A stretch of 64,000 nucleotides of DNA from contig NC_057727.1 in assembly GCF_004010195.1 (NCBI RefSeq), positions 32,854,507 through 32,918,506 of the forward strand. Reading direction: 5' to 3'. Of the stretch, positions 25,433-37,945 are shown in pieces. The notes beneath the pieces are model-generated. The model did no database searches and was not told where the DNA came from. It saw only the letters and a list, made by a program, of their open reading frames with translations. How positions within the stretch are numbered: the first letter of the stretch is position 1; each line of letters opens with the position of its first letter. A program made the translations under genes and the position numbers. The DNA comes from Chiloscyllium plagiosum. Taxonomy: Eukaryota.

Positions 25433-26419
25433 GTAAAATACATTTGCACATGTATTTTTGTTTAATATTCTCTTGTGGGACGTAGGCATTGCTGCCTGGC
25501 CAACACATATTGCCAGTCCGTAGTTACTCTTGAGAAGGTAATGGTGAACTGCCTTCTTTAACCGCCGCAGTCTGTGTGGTGTAGTTATCCCCACAATGCC
25601 GGTGAGGAGAGAATTCCAGGATTTTGACCCAGTAGCAGTGAAGGAGCAGCAATATATTTGAGTCAGGATGGTGAATGGCTTGGAGGAAAACTTGTGGGTG
25701 GTGATTTTCCCATGTACCTGCTGCCCTTCTCCTAGATGGAAGCGGTCATAAATTTGGAAGGTGCTCTGGGCACCTTAGCTTGCACGAAAAGGAAACCAAT
25801 ATCCAATTTTCCTTTCACTGAAATCATTTAAGAATGCAATAGAAGTTTGACAAGTATATAACTTTACCAGAAAGGATAATACAAATCTAATTTTTACCTT
25901 CCAGCAAAATTCTTCTTATTCTCTCAAGGATCAAGGAGCAGTTTTTCTTAACAGTGTCAGCTCTCTCATGCCTTGGTTAAGGGACTCATCTTCATGATTG
26001 AGTTGAGAGAATAAGTATAGGCTTACCAGGAATTTTAACCATGAGAGCTGAGCTTGACACAGACACCATCAATGTTTTCTTATATGTCCACTTTCCATCA
26101 GGATTTGCAGGATTTAACCTGGGAATGTGGAGGTCAATTCTATACACCTTTAATCATTCTAGTACAGATCTACTCATTTTGCACAAATCAATTATAAAAT
26201 ATGAGTTTCACTAATGTTCGAAGTATAACTGTGATCTTACCCTATGAGGAAATTATGGGAGCCATAAATTCTTCAGTAAGACAACTATATATACTATGTT
26301 TTACTTAATCTAGAAGCTAATAGAAAGTAAAGCTTTTAAACTCTTAACATCCTTCCTGATTGCTAAGCCATACAAGTGGCAAAGTCATGGCTTTGATCTC
26401 AGCATATGTAGAGGTATGA

Positions 26420-29400
26420 TGTGGAGGTGCTGGTGTTGGATTGGGGTGAACAAAGTTAAAAATTACAACACCAGGTTACTGTCCAACAGAATTATTTGGA
26501 AATACAAGCTTTTGGAGCTCTGCTGCTTCATTAGGTAGCTAGTGGGGCAGGATCATAGGGCACAGAATTTATAGTAAAAGATAAAAGTGTCATACAACTG
26601 ATGTGAAGTATTGAACAAACCTAGATTGCTGTTAAGTCTTTAATCACTTAGAATGGGTAAGCAGGTTTTGAGTAGTTAATATATAAATCCCAGAACTTCT
26701 TTCAAGTCACAGTCCTCAGATAAATTAAGATTTTATAAAAAGATGACATCTCAGCTCAGACAGTGCATCAAAGGTGTGAGGTTAGAGTCTGTCTGTATCC
26801 AAACCTTGAGTCAGACTGGTTCTATTTCTAAAGTAGGAATTTATCAAATGTCTACCTATAGATTGTGTACTTTTTGAACAAAAGAGAATGAATATGCAAA
26901 TACAGATCTGCAAATGCAAGTCAACCCCATAGACTTATATATGCATGTGTCTGTGTGTGGGTGTGTGAGTGACAGGGAGAGAGTGTGTGAGCCTGTGTGT
27001 GTGTTCATGTATGTGCTTGATAGCATATGTGTGCGAGTGTGATGGAGTATATGCCTGTGAGGACATGTGTGTGTGTGTGTCTGAGAGGGAGCATGTGTAT
27101 GAGAGAGGGTCTGTGTGAGGGTGTAAGAATGTGTGTCTGAGTGTATAGTGTGTGTATGTATGTGTGCTTATGTGTGGGTGTGCCTGAGTGTATAGTGTAG
27201 TGGGGTCATCTGTAGCATGTGTCATGAAGTTGAAGGCATGTACTGTATCTTTAAGAGAGAGTGACTGCTGTTCTGAACTGAGAGATTACAAGCACCTGTG
27301 TATATGAATAGATGGCAGTTCCAGAGTATACTGGAAAATTGAGAATATATAACATGTGGCTGTGAAATGGATACCTGAGTTTGGGTTGCTGTTTTGACAA
27401 CAATTTGAATTTAACCAATCAGTTTAAATTATGCACCAGGATGCTAAAACCCAATCAAGTTTGAAGGTATTGTTTTGCCAACATCGAACCAATGAGACGA
27501 TCCGATGTTGGGGGGTATAAAATGCAGACATTTTGAAAATTAGTCAGAGAGCAACTGTTGTTGAGACAGACAGAAATACGTGGACAGCTAACATCTTGTT
27601 CTCTAAGAAATTAGGAAACACCCTATCAAAGGTACCTTTTCATATGAAATATACTCGCAGTAAAAAGAAAGAAGACGACCCAGGGAGATCTTAGCCAGAA
27701 GAAGAAAAACACACAAGATGACAGCAACTGTCAGGTTTTGAAATTAAGATCATGTACTTTTAATAAGTGTCTTATTGGAACAGAATATTGTTATAAGAGT
27801 TGGAGGTAGATGGTAAGCAGTTAAGAGAAAGGGAGGCTTAGAGTTGTGAATAGTTTGTTTAATGTTTGCTTTTAGAGTTAAAATATAAATAAATGTTATT
27901 TTTGTCAAATAGTGGAAGTTGAGAGTTCTCTGTCACACATTTTTAACAATTACAAGGCGAGGTGAGCTTTTCTGGGTGTTTGGTTAACAGAAGGGTTCAC
28001 TGCTGTGACATGAACATCTGACATGAACCCAAGATCCCAGTTGAGGCCATCCTCATGGGTACCAAACCTGGCTATCAGCCTCTGCTCAGTGACACTGCAT
28101 TGTTGCGTATCCCGAAGAATGCCGCAGAGGAAAATCACCCGAAGACCCGAGGCCGAATATCCTTTTATATTGAAGTGTTCCTGATTGGGAAGGAACATCA
28201 CTGTCTGGCGATTGTTGCGCAGTGCCCATTCGTCTGTTATCATAGCGTCTGCTTGGTCTTGCCAATATAGCTTGCCTTGGGGCATCTTTGCCTGCAACAT
28301 ATGAGAGACAATGTTGGCCGAGTCACATGAGTACCTGCCGTGCACATGGTGGGTGGTGTCTCCACGTGTAATGGTAGTATCCATTTTGACACTCTGACAA
28401 GTTTTGCAGTGGTTGCCATGACAGAGTTGTATGGTGTTGTGGTCGATGTTATCCTGAAGGCTAGGCAGTTTGCTGCGAACAATGGTCTGTTTGACGTTTG
28501 GCGGTTGTTTAAAGGTGAGAAGTGGAGGGGTAGGGAAGATCTTGGCGAGGTGCTCATCCTCATCAATAACGTGTTGCAGGCTGCGAAGAACACTCCCAGG
28601 AAGTACTGGACAATGAAGGGTACCCTACTGGTCATATCTCGTGTCTGTCTCCTGAGGAGGTTATCATGATTTCTCGCTGTGGCAAGTTGGAATTGGCGAT
28701 CGATGAGTTGAGCATTGTATCCTGTTCTTATGAGGGCGTCCTTCAGCACCTTCAAGCGTCCATCGCGTTCCTCCTCATCTGAACAGATCCCGTGTATGCT
28801 TATGGCTTATCTGTAGGAAATGGCTGTTTTACAATGTTTAGGGTGGAAGCTAGAGAAGTCTAGCATTGTGAGCTTCTCCATGGGCTTCCAATAGAGTGAA
28901 GTTTTGAGGTGTCCATCTATGATGGAGATGTGTGTGTCAAAGAATGAAACTGATTCTAAAGACTAGTCCATGGTAAGTCTGATAGTGGGATGAAACTTAT
29001 TGATATCACTGTGTAGTTGTTTCAATGACTCCCCGCCATGGGTCCAGAGGAAGAAAATATCGTCAATGTATCTGGTGTATAGTGTTGGTCAGAGGTCCTG
29101 TGCAGCAAAGAAGACTTGTTTGAACTTGTGCATGAAAATGTTGGCATATTGAGTGCAAATTTGGTCCCCATGGCTGTTCCATGTGTTTGGATAAAGAACT
29201 AGTTGTCAAAGGTGAATATGTTGTGGTTGAGGATGAAGCGGATGAGTTGTAGGATAGTGCCTGGAAATGGCAGTCGTTGTATTGAGTACTGAGGCTGTTG
29301 CAGCAATGCCATCGTCATGGGGGTGCTGTAGGTGTAGAGTGTCGTTCATTGCGATGTGGAATCTTCCTGGTTTGACTGGTCCGTGGGTGTTGAGTTTCTG

Positions 29401-29450
29401 TAAGAAATTTGTAGTGTTGTGACAGAAGTTGGGGGTCCCCTGTACATGTT
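26420..29450 (-). mobile_element. Penelope-like element (RT, GIY-YIG, CA-rich region, family C terminus), interrupted by an LTR-like insert
   Basis: Minus strand TRYIDDIFFLW (~29045-29078) and YIGKTKQTL (~28250); degenerate (GT)n at 26940-27200; terminus AAAATTACAACACCAGG at ~26460. Confidence 0.85.
27220..28010 (+). mobile_element. Putative solo LTR
   Basis: TGTCA...TGACA ends, several CCAAT boxes, TATAAAA at ~27516, AATAAA at ~27888; it interrupts contiguous Penelope sequence. No clear TSD. Confidence 0.5.
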
Positions 29451-29699
29451 GTCAAGTCACTAATCATGCATGGTTGTGTTTGACGTTTTGCAGATGTAAC
29501 TAGCTCTGGAAATTAATATCTTGATGCTCCTTCAATCACTTTCAAAAGAAGAAATGTGTTTTACCCTGAACTGACATTTTCATGTTTCTTGTACAAAAAT
29601 GGGAGATACCATCTGGGCAACTTGTTCATAGCAAGCTTTCCTCCAGGTGAGTTTGTTCTTAGCTGGCTTTCTTCACTTCAGGCTTTCCTACATTGAACT

Positions 29700-30283
29700 A
29701 GATGAAACAAGAACTCTTCCAAGCACTCACTGTTTGAATAACAGGCCGCACAGCCATGGGGACCAAAGAAAGTGGTTATCACCAGTTCTATGAGTGAGTT
29801 TGGTCAGAAAATACCTTGCAAGAGCTGTAAGAAACACTACATTGGACAAAAGGCAGAAAATTAGCTGCCAGTTTACATGAACATCAACTAGCCACAACAA
29901 GATATGACCCACTATCACTGGTATCCTTACATATGGATAAGGAAGGCCGCAACTTCAACTGGGACAACACATTCATCCTAGGACAAGCCAAACAGATAGA
30001 TGCACAAGAATTCCTTGAAGAATTCCTTGAAGCATGGCATTCCAACTGGAACTCTATCAACAAACACGTCGACTTGGACCCCATTTACCACTCTCTGAGA
30101 AAAAGAATGGGAAATGACATCACCACAGGAAATGTCATCACCAACCCAAGGAAACCTAAACACATAAATAGAAAGCGGGTCATAACACCAGTGCTTCAAC
30201 AGTGGGTCACTGATGATGTTACCTAGTATGGTGATGAAATGTCTGAAAACGAACCTTCCAACTCAGCAAGCAAAGTTACAACC
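29700..30283 (+). mobile_element. Penelope-like 3' fragment with family B hammerhead (30208-30245)
   Basis: KHYIGQ...FNWDNTFILGQAKQ...EFLEAWHS...INKHVDLDPIY; CA-CTGATGA-TGTTACC-TAGTAT-GGTGAT-GAAA-TGTC-TG. Confidence 0.8.
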
Positions 30284-30477
30284 AGTTATGTGATTTTAGG
30301 AATCCTACTTTTAAAAATAAAACCTCCAAAGCCAATAACGAACTTTCAAGGACGGGTTTTAAAGAAACCAGTCTAGGTGTGGTCAGAAAATTTGAAACAA
30401 GTTCTTCTTTTCACAATCCTTCAAAACCTAAGCCCTCCAAACAATATTAGATATATAGCATCTTTGCAACACAAAGT

Positions 30478-30830
30478 ATGACACGGTGGCTCAGTAGTTA
30501 GCACTGCTGCTTCACAGTGCCAGGGACCCAGATTCAATTCCAACCTCGGGCAACTGTCTGTGTGGAGTTTGCATATTCTCCTCGTGTCTGTGTGGAGTTT
30601 GCACATTCTCCTCGTATCTGTGTGGGTTTCCTTCCACAATCCAAAAATGTGCAGGTTAGATGAATTGGCCATGCTAAATTGCCCATAGTGTTCTGGGATG
30701 TGTAGGTTAGGTGCATCAGTCAGGGGCAAATATGGGGTAGGGGAGTGGGTCTGGGTGGGTTACTCTTTGGAGGGTTGGTGTGGACTTGATAGGCCGAAGG
30801 ACCTGTTTCCACACTGTAGAGATTCTAATT
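30478..30830 (+). mobile_element. V-SINE (HE1-like) with a short internal tandem duplication
   Basis: tRNA-like head, duplicated V-domain start, and tail. Confidence 0.85.
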
Positions 30831-32291
30831 CTTTAACCATGCTCTGCTGAGTTGATAGAATTGTCTATTACAGGATTTTCAACCTTAATTTTAGATCCCT
30901 TTACAGCTTTGCTCTTTTCTATATCTGTAACCTCCTCCAGTGTTACAACCACCCGAAGTCTCAGTGCATCTCTCATCCTGGCATTTGTTCATCCATGATT
31001 GGCAGTGGTTTCTTCAGCTGCTTGGAACTTAGCCACAAATAGTTATCTCTGTCTCTTCCTTTAAGATGCTATAAAACCGAACACCTTTGCCAAGTGTTGT
31101 TTCAGTTATCCCATTAGCGACTCTTGATCTCCAATTTTGTTTGCTCACAGTAAAAGACACAATCCCAGAGCATTTTTATGACTATCGCACTTTACAGCCA
31201 AATACCCACTTCTTGTAGTCACCGTTGTAATTTAGGAAATGTGGCAGCCAATAAACACATGGGTAACTCCCACAAAAAATGTGATAATAACCAAATAACC
31301 TTTTCTTGTGCAGTTGATTGAGAAATATACATTGGTCAAAAAAATGGAGAAAATGCCCGGAGACCTTTTACTATCATCTAAACATGGTTTAACATTCCAC
31401 CTTTTACATTGCAGCACTCTCTCAGTAATGTACTGGAGAGTCATGATTGTTGTATTCAAGCCTTGGAATGGAACTTGAGCATGGAGCCTTGTGACTCAGC
31501 TGTCAGAGTAAACTCACTGAACCATGGCTACATTCTCTAATGTTTGGGATATTTGGGATGTTTTATTTCTTTAGAAGTTTTATAAAGATACCAATTAATT
31601 GTTTTATGATAGATGTTTTTCAAAAAATGCATAATATTTCACTTTTTGTAAGAATAAGTTTTTTGAGATTTTTAAACTTCTTTGACTTTACATCCAATCC
31701 TCGCTAGCTATATCTTGGCAGCTAATTCAATATCAAAGGTCCCAAATTCAAGAAGAATAATAGAAAAATATATTTTACAGGAAGAAGAAAAATAGTTATT
31801 TTATAATATATATTGTATATATTTGAAAGATAATAACAAAAAAAAGGAAACCTATAATATAAAGAATGAAAACATGGTTTCCTTATAGAAACAAAATTTG
31901 AGCTGCATTTTACCCTAATCCACCTGGTTTGTCAATGGAACATAAAATCAGATGGAGGGTAAAATTACTTTGTGGTCCAAACATGTTAATTAGCATTAGC
32001 CAGATTATGATTGAGGCCTATTTCTACAATAGACTCTTCTCATATATTATCAATTGAGGTAGGCTTTGCTTTCACACAGAATAGAGACAGCAAGATTCTC
32101 TCAGAATCAATTAATTGTGCATGACCTGTAGGAGCAGGTCAGGTCTGCACACCACTGTTAGACATGTCACACAAATACAATTTACATGTAATTATCTTCT
32201 ATGTTTAATTATCATACCAAATTCAAGATTATAAACATTGGTGAGACATTGTTGGTTATACTCAAGTAAGATCTCTACTTTCCTTTCACAG

Positions 32292-32332
32292 ACCTGCAAT
32301 GGTACCAGACACTAAATTCCTCAGTGATGATG
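32292..32332 (+). CDS. atp6ap1l: ATP6AP1-family gene, exon 5
   Basis: 41-nt AG/GT exon, phase 2 to 1, bridging exons 4 and 6 in frame; (R)PAMVPDTKFLSDD. Confidence 0.85.
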
Positions 32333-32749
32333 GTAAGCTTTCAGGCTATGTCACTCCTTTCAGTACTCTGAAATTTCAAATCAAAGAATTCAGTTTTAAT
32401 GAGGAATACTGCAACCTCATAAATGGATTGGTACTTTGGTTTGAAGTGATCCAAAAAAATCTAAAAAACTGGTTCAATTGTTGCAATTCCAGTATTTGCC
32501 TTTGTCTTAATCAAAATCAGCTGAATTCTTTGGGAAGAAATGAATATTACAATATGTTCTTAGACAACAGATAATATCAAAAACTGAAGTTTATAGAACT
32601 GGTCTTTTAAAAGGCAGTGTTTGCTGCCAATGCAGTCAGTGTCTGTGACATCATTGCATGATTTTTAATGAAAATTTAATACTTCTTTAGTAAATACTGT
32701 GATTTGTGAGACATATGTGGCTCTCAAGTTTTGCGATTTAAAGAACAAA

Positions 32750-33040
32750 TTAGATTAGATTAGATTAGATTACTTACAGTGTGAAAACAGGCCCTTCGGC
32801 CCAACAAGTCCACACCGCCCCACCGAAGCGCAACCCACCCATACCCCTACATCTACCCCTTACCTAACACTACGGGCAATTTAGCATGGCCAATTCACCT
32901 GACCTGCATATCTTTGGACTGTGGGAGGAAACCGGAGCACCCGGAGGAAACCCACACAGACACGAGGAGAATGTGCAAACTCCACACAGTCAGTCGCCTC
33001 AGGCGGGAATTGAACCCGGGTCTCTGGCGCTGTGAGGCAG
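32750..33040 (-). mobile_element. V-SINE (HE1-like), young copy
   Basis: (TTAGA)n tail; close match to the reverse complement of 4439-4758. Confidence 0.9.
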
Positions 33041-33884
33041 AATAGATGGAACACAAGTTTAAAAAATATTGAATTTCGACCAAAGGAGCTTCAATGCCCT
33101 TCACATTTGGACTTTTAAATGCATAATCTATTTCTATTCTAGGTCACAAATAAGATATTCATCAATATGACATCTAATTTAAATTGAAAGGTGTGTGATT
33201 TCAAAAGTTCAAATGTTTCAGCGTAAAATTTGAAAGACACAAATGTCGCTCAATCACAATATTTACTAAAGATGTATTAACTTTTGATTAGCCAATGTTA
33301 ACACAAAGTATTTAAAGTGGACTCCGTGAAGGGTCTAAAGAGAAAAGGGTAATTATAATATCTTTTTAAAACTAGCAGAATATAACTGTGTGGTTTCTAT
33401 TATGAATGTCTAATCAACAAAACTTGTTTTTAGCATAGAACACAAATTAAAAATTAATGGGATCTTTCCAGCTGGAGTTAGTGGGCTTAGATTTTCAGGC
33501 AGACTTGTTTCAATAAAAGTAAACAAAATCTAACCAATTAATCCTGAGTGAGGTTCGGTTTCATTGGTGATGATTGTTCTTTGGTGTCATTGCATTAAGT
33601 ATAACTAGACTAGTCTCTTAGGCTGGGTAATAGTGGAAAGTTATTACTTGAACTTGTAATATTTCCAGTTTATAAAACTGAGTTCTTCATTGGATAAAAC
33701 TGTTGGATTACCAGGAGAGCAATCCTTTATATGTGCAAATGTGGCAACCAACTTCATAAGTGACTTTTTCACACATATATAATTTGGAATTAGATGCAAT
33801 AAAATCAAATAAAAATTATAAACATTTGATTTTTAAACACTGGTTTATATGACAACCAATATTGGCTGAACTAACTAAACAAGT

Positions 33885-34220
33885 TTGATTAGCTCAGTTA
33901 TCTGGACAGCTGGTTTGCAGTGCAGAGTGATAGGCATAGGCTCAATTCCTGCACCAGCTGAGGTTACCACAAAAGACTCTCCTTCCCTGATGAAGGACTT
34001 TTGCCCGAAACGTCGATATTTTTTTTTCTGCTCCTTGGGTGCTGCCTGAACTGCTGTGCTTTTCCAGCACCACTCTAGTCCAGAATCTGGTTTCCAGCAT
34101 CTGCAGTCATTGTTTTTACCTACTCTCCTTCTCAGCCTCTCCCCTCAGCTGAGGTGTGCTGACTCTCAGGCTTAACCACTGCCAGTCATCTCTCTCTAGT
34201 GAGACAGCAGCCCTGTGGTC
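33885..34220 (+). mobile_element. Old tRNA-derived SINE split by a hammerhead mini-element
   Basis: TAGCTCAGTT...GGCTCAATTCC head; the body resumes after the duplicated ACTCTCCTTC. Confidence 0.55.
33986..34121 (+). mobile_element. 136-bp Penelope-terminus mini-element with hammerhead core and 10-bp TSD
   Basis: CTGATGA-A-GGAC-TTTT-GCCC-GAAA-CGTC; ACTCTCCTTC at both 33976-33985 and 34122-34131. Confidence 0.8.
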
Positions 34221-34496
34221 AATTACTTTTAATGCAGGTATGCTTTAGCTCCCTTTGCATTTTGCAGCAAAGGAGGAGTTAGTGCAGAAGTTACATTATG
34301 CCAGTGTACAATAAATATGAAAGCAATCAGCTAATCTTTAATTGTCTTTTTTTCACATTGTATAACAAGGAAAAGTGGGATATAATTGCAGATTTAATTA
34401 TGAAATAAACTTTGTGATATTGTGGTCAGTATTATGTTAGAAAGAGCAAAAAGAACTCAGAATCTGCTCAACAGTATTTTATTTATTTTTAAACAG

Positions 34497-34579
34497 ATGT
34501 CATTAAGTTGGTCACCAGTGCCTTAAAAGCAAACAATATTCCCTACACAGCTATTTTCACAGCTGGCAGGAGTTCACAG
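34497..34579 (+). CDS. atp6ap1l: ATP6AP1-family gene, exon 6
   Basis: 83 nt; (D)VIKLVTSALKANNIPYTAIFTAGRSSQ aligns with [27 protein letters not shown]. Confidence 0.93.
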
Positions 34580-34829
34580 GTATGAGATATAAAACCACTG
34601 CAAACTCATTTTTATTATCCAATTGGTTGCTCATAAATTATGTGCTTACTAAACATTTTGCTGTGCCAATGGATAATTATAGTACTTGTTCATACCCAAA
34701 ATGCTGCTAAATTTACAACTTAGCCATGCAATTTTGACAAACTGTTAAGATGAAAGCAGTTGGTGCTCAATCAGGAGAAAGGAATTAAGTAAGATTTTTT
34801 GACCTTTTCTCCACATCTCCTAGTGGCCA

Positions 34830-37800
34830 TCAAGAGGTCATTGTCCACATTTGAACCAACGACAGAGGAAGGGAAAAAGTTAAGATTCTGAAGGGAGATG
34901 ACAGAGAGTTAGGCAGGAATTTAAAAAGGAAGTCCTCGAGAGTAGTAATATCTGGATTACTCCCGGTCCTAGTGAGGGCAGGAATGGGAGGACAGAGCAG
35001 ATGAATGCATGGCTGAGGAGCTGGTGTATGGGAGAAGGATTCACATTTTTGGATCATTGGAATCTTTTTTGGAGTAGAAGTGATCTGTACAAGAAGGACG
35101 GATTGTACCTAAATTGGAAGGGGACTAATATACTGGCTGGGAGATTTGCTCGAGCTGCTCGGGAGGACTTAAATGAGTAAGGTGGGGGGACCCAGGGAGA
35201 TAGTGAGGAAAAGATCAATCTGAGACTGGTACAGTTGAGAACAGAAGCGAGTCAAACAGTCAGGGCAGGCAGGAACAAGGTAGGACTAATAAATTAAACT
35301 GCATTTATTTCAATGCAAGGGGCCTAACAGGGAAGGCAGATTAACTCAGGGCATGGTTAGGAACATGGGACTGGGATATCATAGCAATTACAGAAACATG
35401 ACTCCGGGATGGGCAAGACTGGCAGCTTAATGTTCCAGGATGCAAATGCTACAGGAAGGACAGCAAGGGAGGCAAGAGGAGGGGTAGTGGCGTTTTTGAT
35501 AAGGGATAGCATTACAGCTGTGCTGAGGGAGGATATTCCTGGAACTACATCCAGGGATGTTATTTGGGTGGAACTAATAAGAAAGGGATGATCACCTTAT
35601 TGGGATTGTATTATAGACCCCCAATAGTCAGAGGGAAATTGAGAAACAAACTTGTGAGGACATCTCAGCTATCTGTAAGAATAATAAGGTGGTTATGGAG
35701 GGGATTTTAACTTTCCAAACATAGACTGAGACTGCCATAGTGTTAAGGGTTTTTAGATTAGATTAGATTCCCTACAGTGTGGAAACAGACCCTTTGGCCC
35801 AACAAGTCCACATTGACCCTCGACGTGTTAAGTGCGTACAAGAAAATTTTCTGATTTAGTATGTGGATGTACCTACTACAGAAGGTGCAAAACTTGGCCT
35901 ACTCTTAGGAAACAAGGCAGGGCAGGTGACTGAGGTGTCAGTGGGGGAGCACTTTGGGGCCAGTGACCATAATTCTATTAGATTTAAAATACTGATGGAA
36001 AAGGATAGATCAGACCTAAAAGTTGAAGTTCTAAATTGGAGGAAGGCCAATTTTGATGGTATTCGGCAAGAACTTTCAAATGCTGACTGGGGATGGATGT
36101 TTGCAGGTAAAGGGACGGCTGGAAAATGAGAAGTCTTCAGAAGTGAGACAATAAGAATCCAGAGAAAGTATATTCCTGTTAGGGTGAAAGGAAAGGCTGG
36201 TAGGTATAGGGAACGCTGGATGACTAAAGAAATTGAGGGTTTGGTTAAGAAAAAGAAGGAAGCATAGGAAAGGTATAGACAGGATAGATCGAGTGAATCC
36301 TTAGAGTATAAACGCAGTAGGAGTATACTTATAGAGTCATAGAGATGTACAGCATGGAAACAGACCCTTCGGTTCAACCTGTCCACGCTGACCAGATATC
36401 GCAACCCAATCTAGTCCCACCTGCCAGCACCCTGGCTTGTCTTTACCGCCCTTCTTAAACAGTGGCACCACGTTTGCCAACCTCTGGTCTTCCGGAACCT
36501 CACCTGTGACTATCATTGATACAAATATCTCAGCAAGAGGCCCAGCAATCACTTCTCTAGCTTCCCACAGAAGTTCTCGGGTACACCTGATCTGGTCCTG
36601 GGGGTTTATCCACCTTTACCCTTTTCAAGACATCCAGCACTTCCTCCTCTGTATTCTGGACATTTTGCAAGATGTGGTCTTCCGGAACCTCACCTGTGAC
36701 TATCGTTGATACAAATATCTCAGCAAGAAGCCCAGCAATCACTTCTCTAGCTTCCCACAGAAGTTCTCGGGTACACCTGACCTGGTCCTGGGGGTTTATC
36801 CACCTTTACCCTTTTCAAGACATCCAGCACTTCCTCCTCTGTATTCTGGACATTTTGCAAGATGTCACCATCGATTTCCCTACAGTCTATATCTTCCATA
36901 TCCTTCTGGGCTCCCCAATCCCAGGGAACAGACCTTGTCTACTTATCCTATCCATGCCCCTCATAATTTTGTAAACCTCTATAAAGTTACCCCTCAGCCT
37001 CCGATGCTCCAGGGAAAACAGCCCCAGCCTCCTCTATAATAGGGACATTTTGCAAGGTATCACCATTTATTTCCCTACATTCTATATCTTCCATATCCTT
37101 TTCCACAGTAAATACTAATACAAAATATTCATTTAGTATCTTCCCCATTTTCTGTGCTCTACACAAAGGCTGCCTTGCTGATCATTGAGGGGCCATATTC
37201 TCTCCCTAGTTACCCTTTTGTCCTTAATGTATTTGTAAAATCCTTTGGATTTTCCTTAATTCTATTTGCCAAAGCTATCTCATGTCCCCTTTTTGCCCTC
37301 CTGATTTCCATCTTAAGTTTGCTGATGACACCAAAATTGGAGGTGTAGTGGACAGTGAAGAGGGTTACCTCAGATTACAACAGGATCTTGACCAGGTGGG
37401 CCAGTGTGCTGAGAAGTGGCAGATGGAGTTTAATTCAGATAAATGCGAGGTGCTGCATATTGGGAAAGCACATCTTACCAGTACTTATACACTTAATGGC
37501 AAGGTCCAAGGGAGTGTTGCTTAACAAAGAGACCTGGAGTGCAGGTTCATAGCTCCTTGAAAGTGGAGTCACAGGTAGATAGGATAGTGAAGAAGGTGTT
37601 TGGTATGCTTTCTTTTACTGGTCAGAGTATTGAGTACAGGAGTTGGGAGGTGATGTTGCGGCTGTACAGGACATTGGTTAGGCCGCTATTGGAATATTGT
37701 GTGCAATTCTGGTCTCCTTCTATCGCAAAGATGTAATGAAACTTGAAAGGGTTCAGAAAAGATTTACATGTACAAGGATGTTGCCAGAGTTGGAGGATTT

Positions 37801-37945
37801 GAGCTATAGGGAGAGGCTGAACAGGCTGGGGCTGTTTTCCCTGGAGCGTCCAGGTGGGACTAGATTGGGTTGGGATATCTAGTCGGCATGGACGGGTTCG
37901 ACCGAAGAGTCTGTTTCCATGCTGTACATCACTATGATTCTATGA
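34830..37945 (+). mobile_element. Rearranged CR1 LINE (same family as 1790-6330) with an inverted internal segment
   Basis: ORF1 end and APE on plus (34830-36330); minus-strand segment ~36332-37313; RT end KFADDTKIGG and tail on plus (37314-37945); SINE tail at ~35754-35822. Confidence 0.88.

Noticed and set aside
26935-27225. His/Thr-rich 96-aa ORF
   Set aside because: Translation of a degenerate (CA)n tract belonging to the Penelope element.
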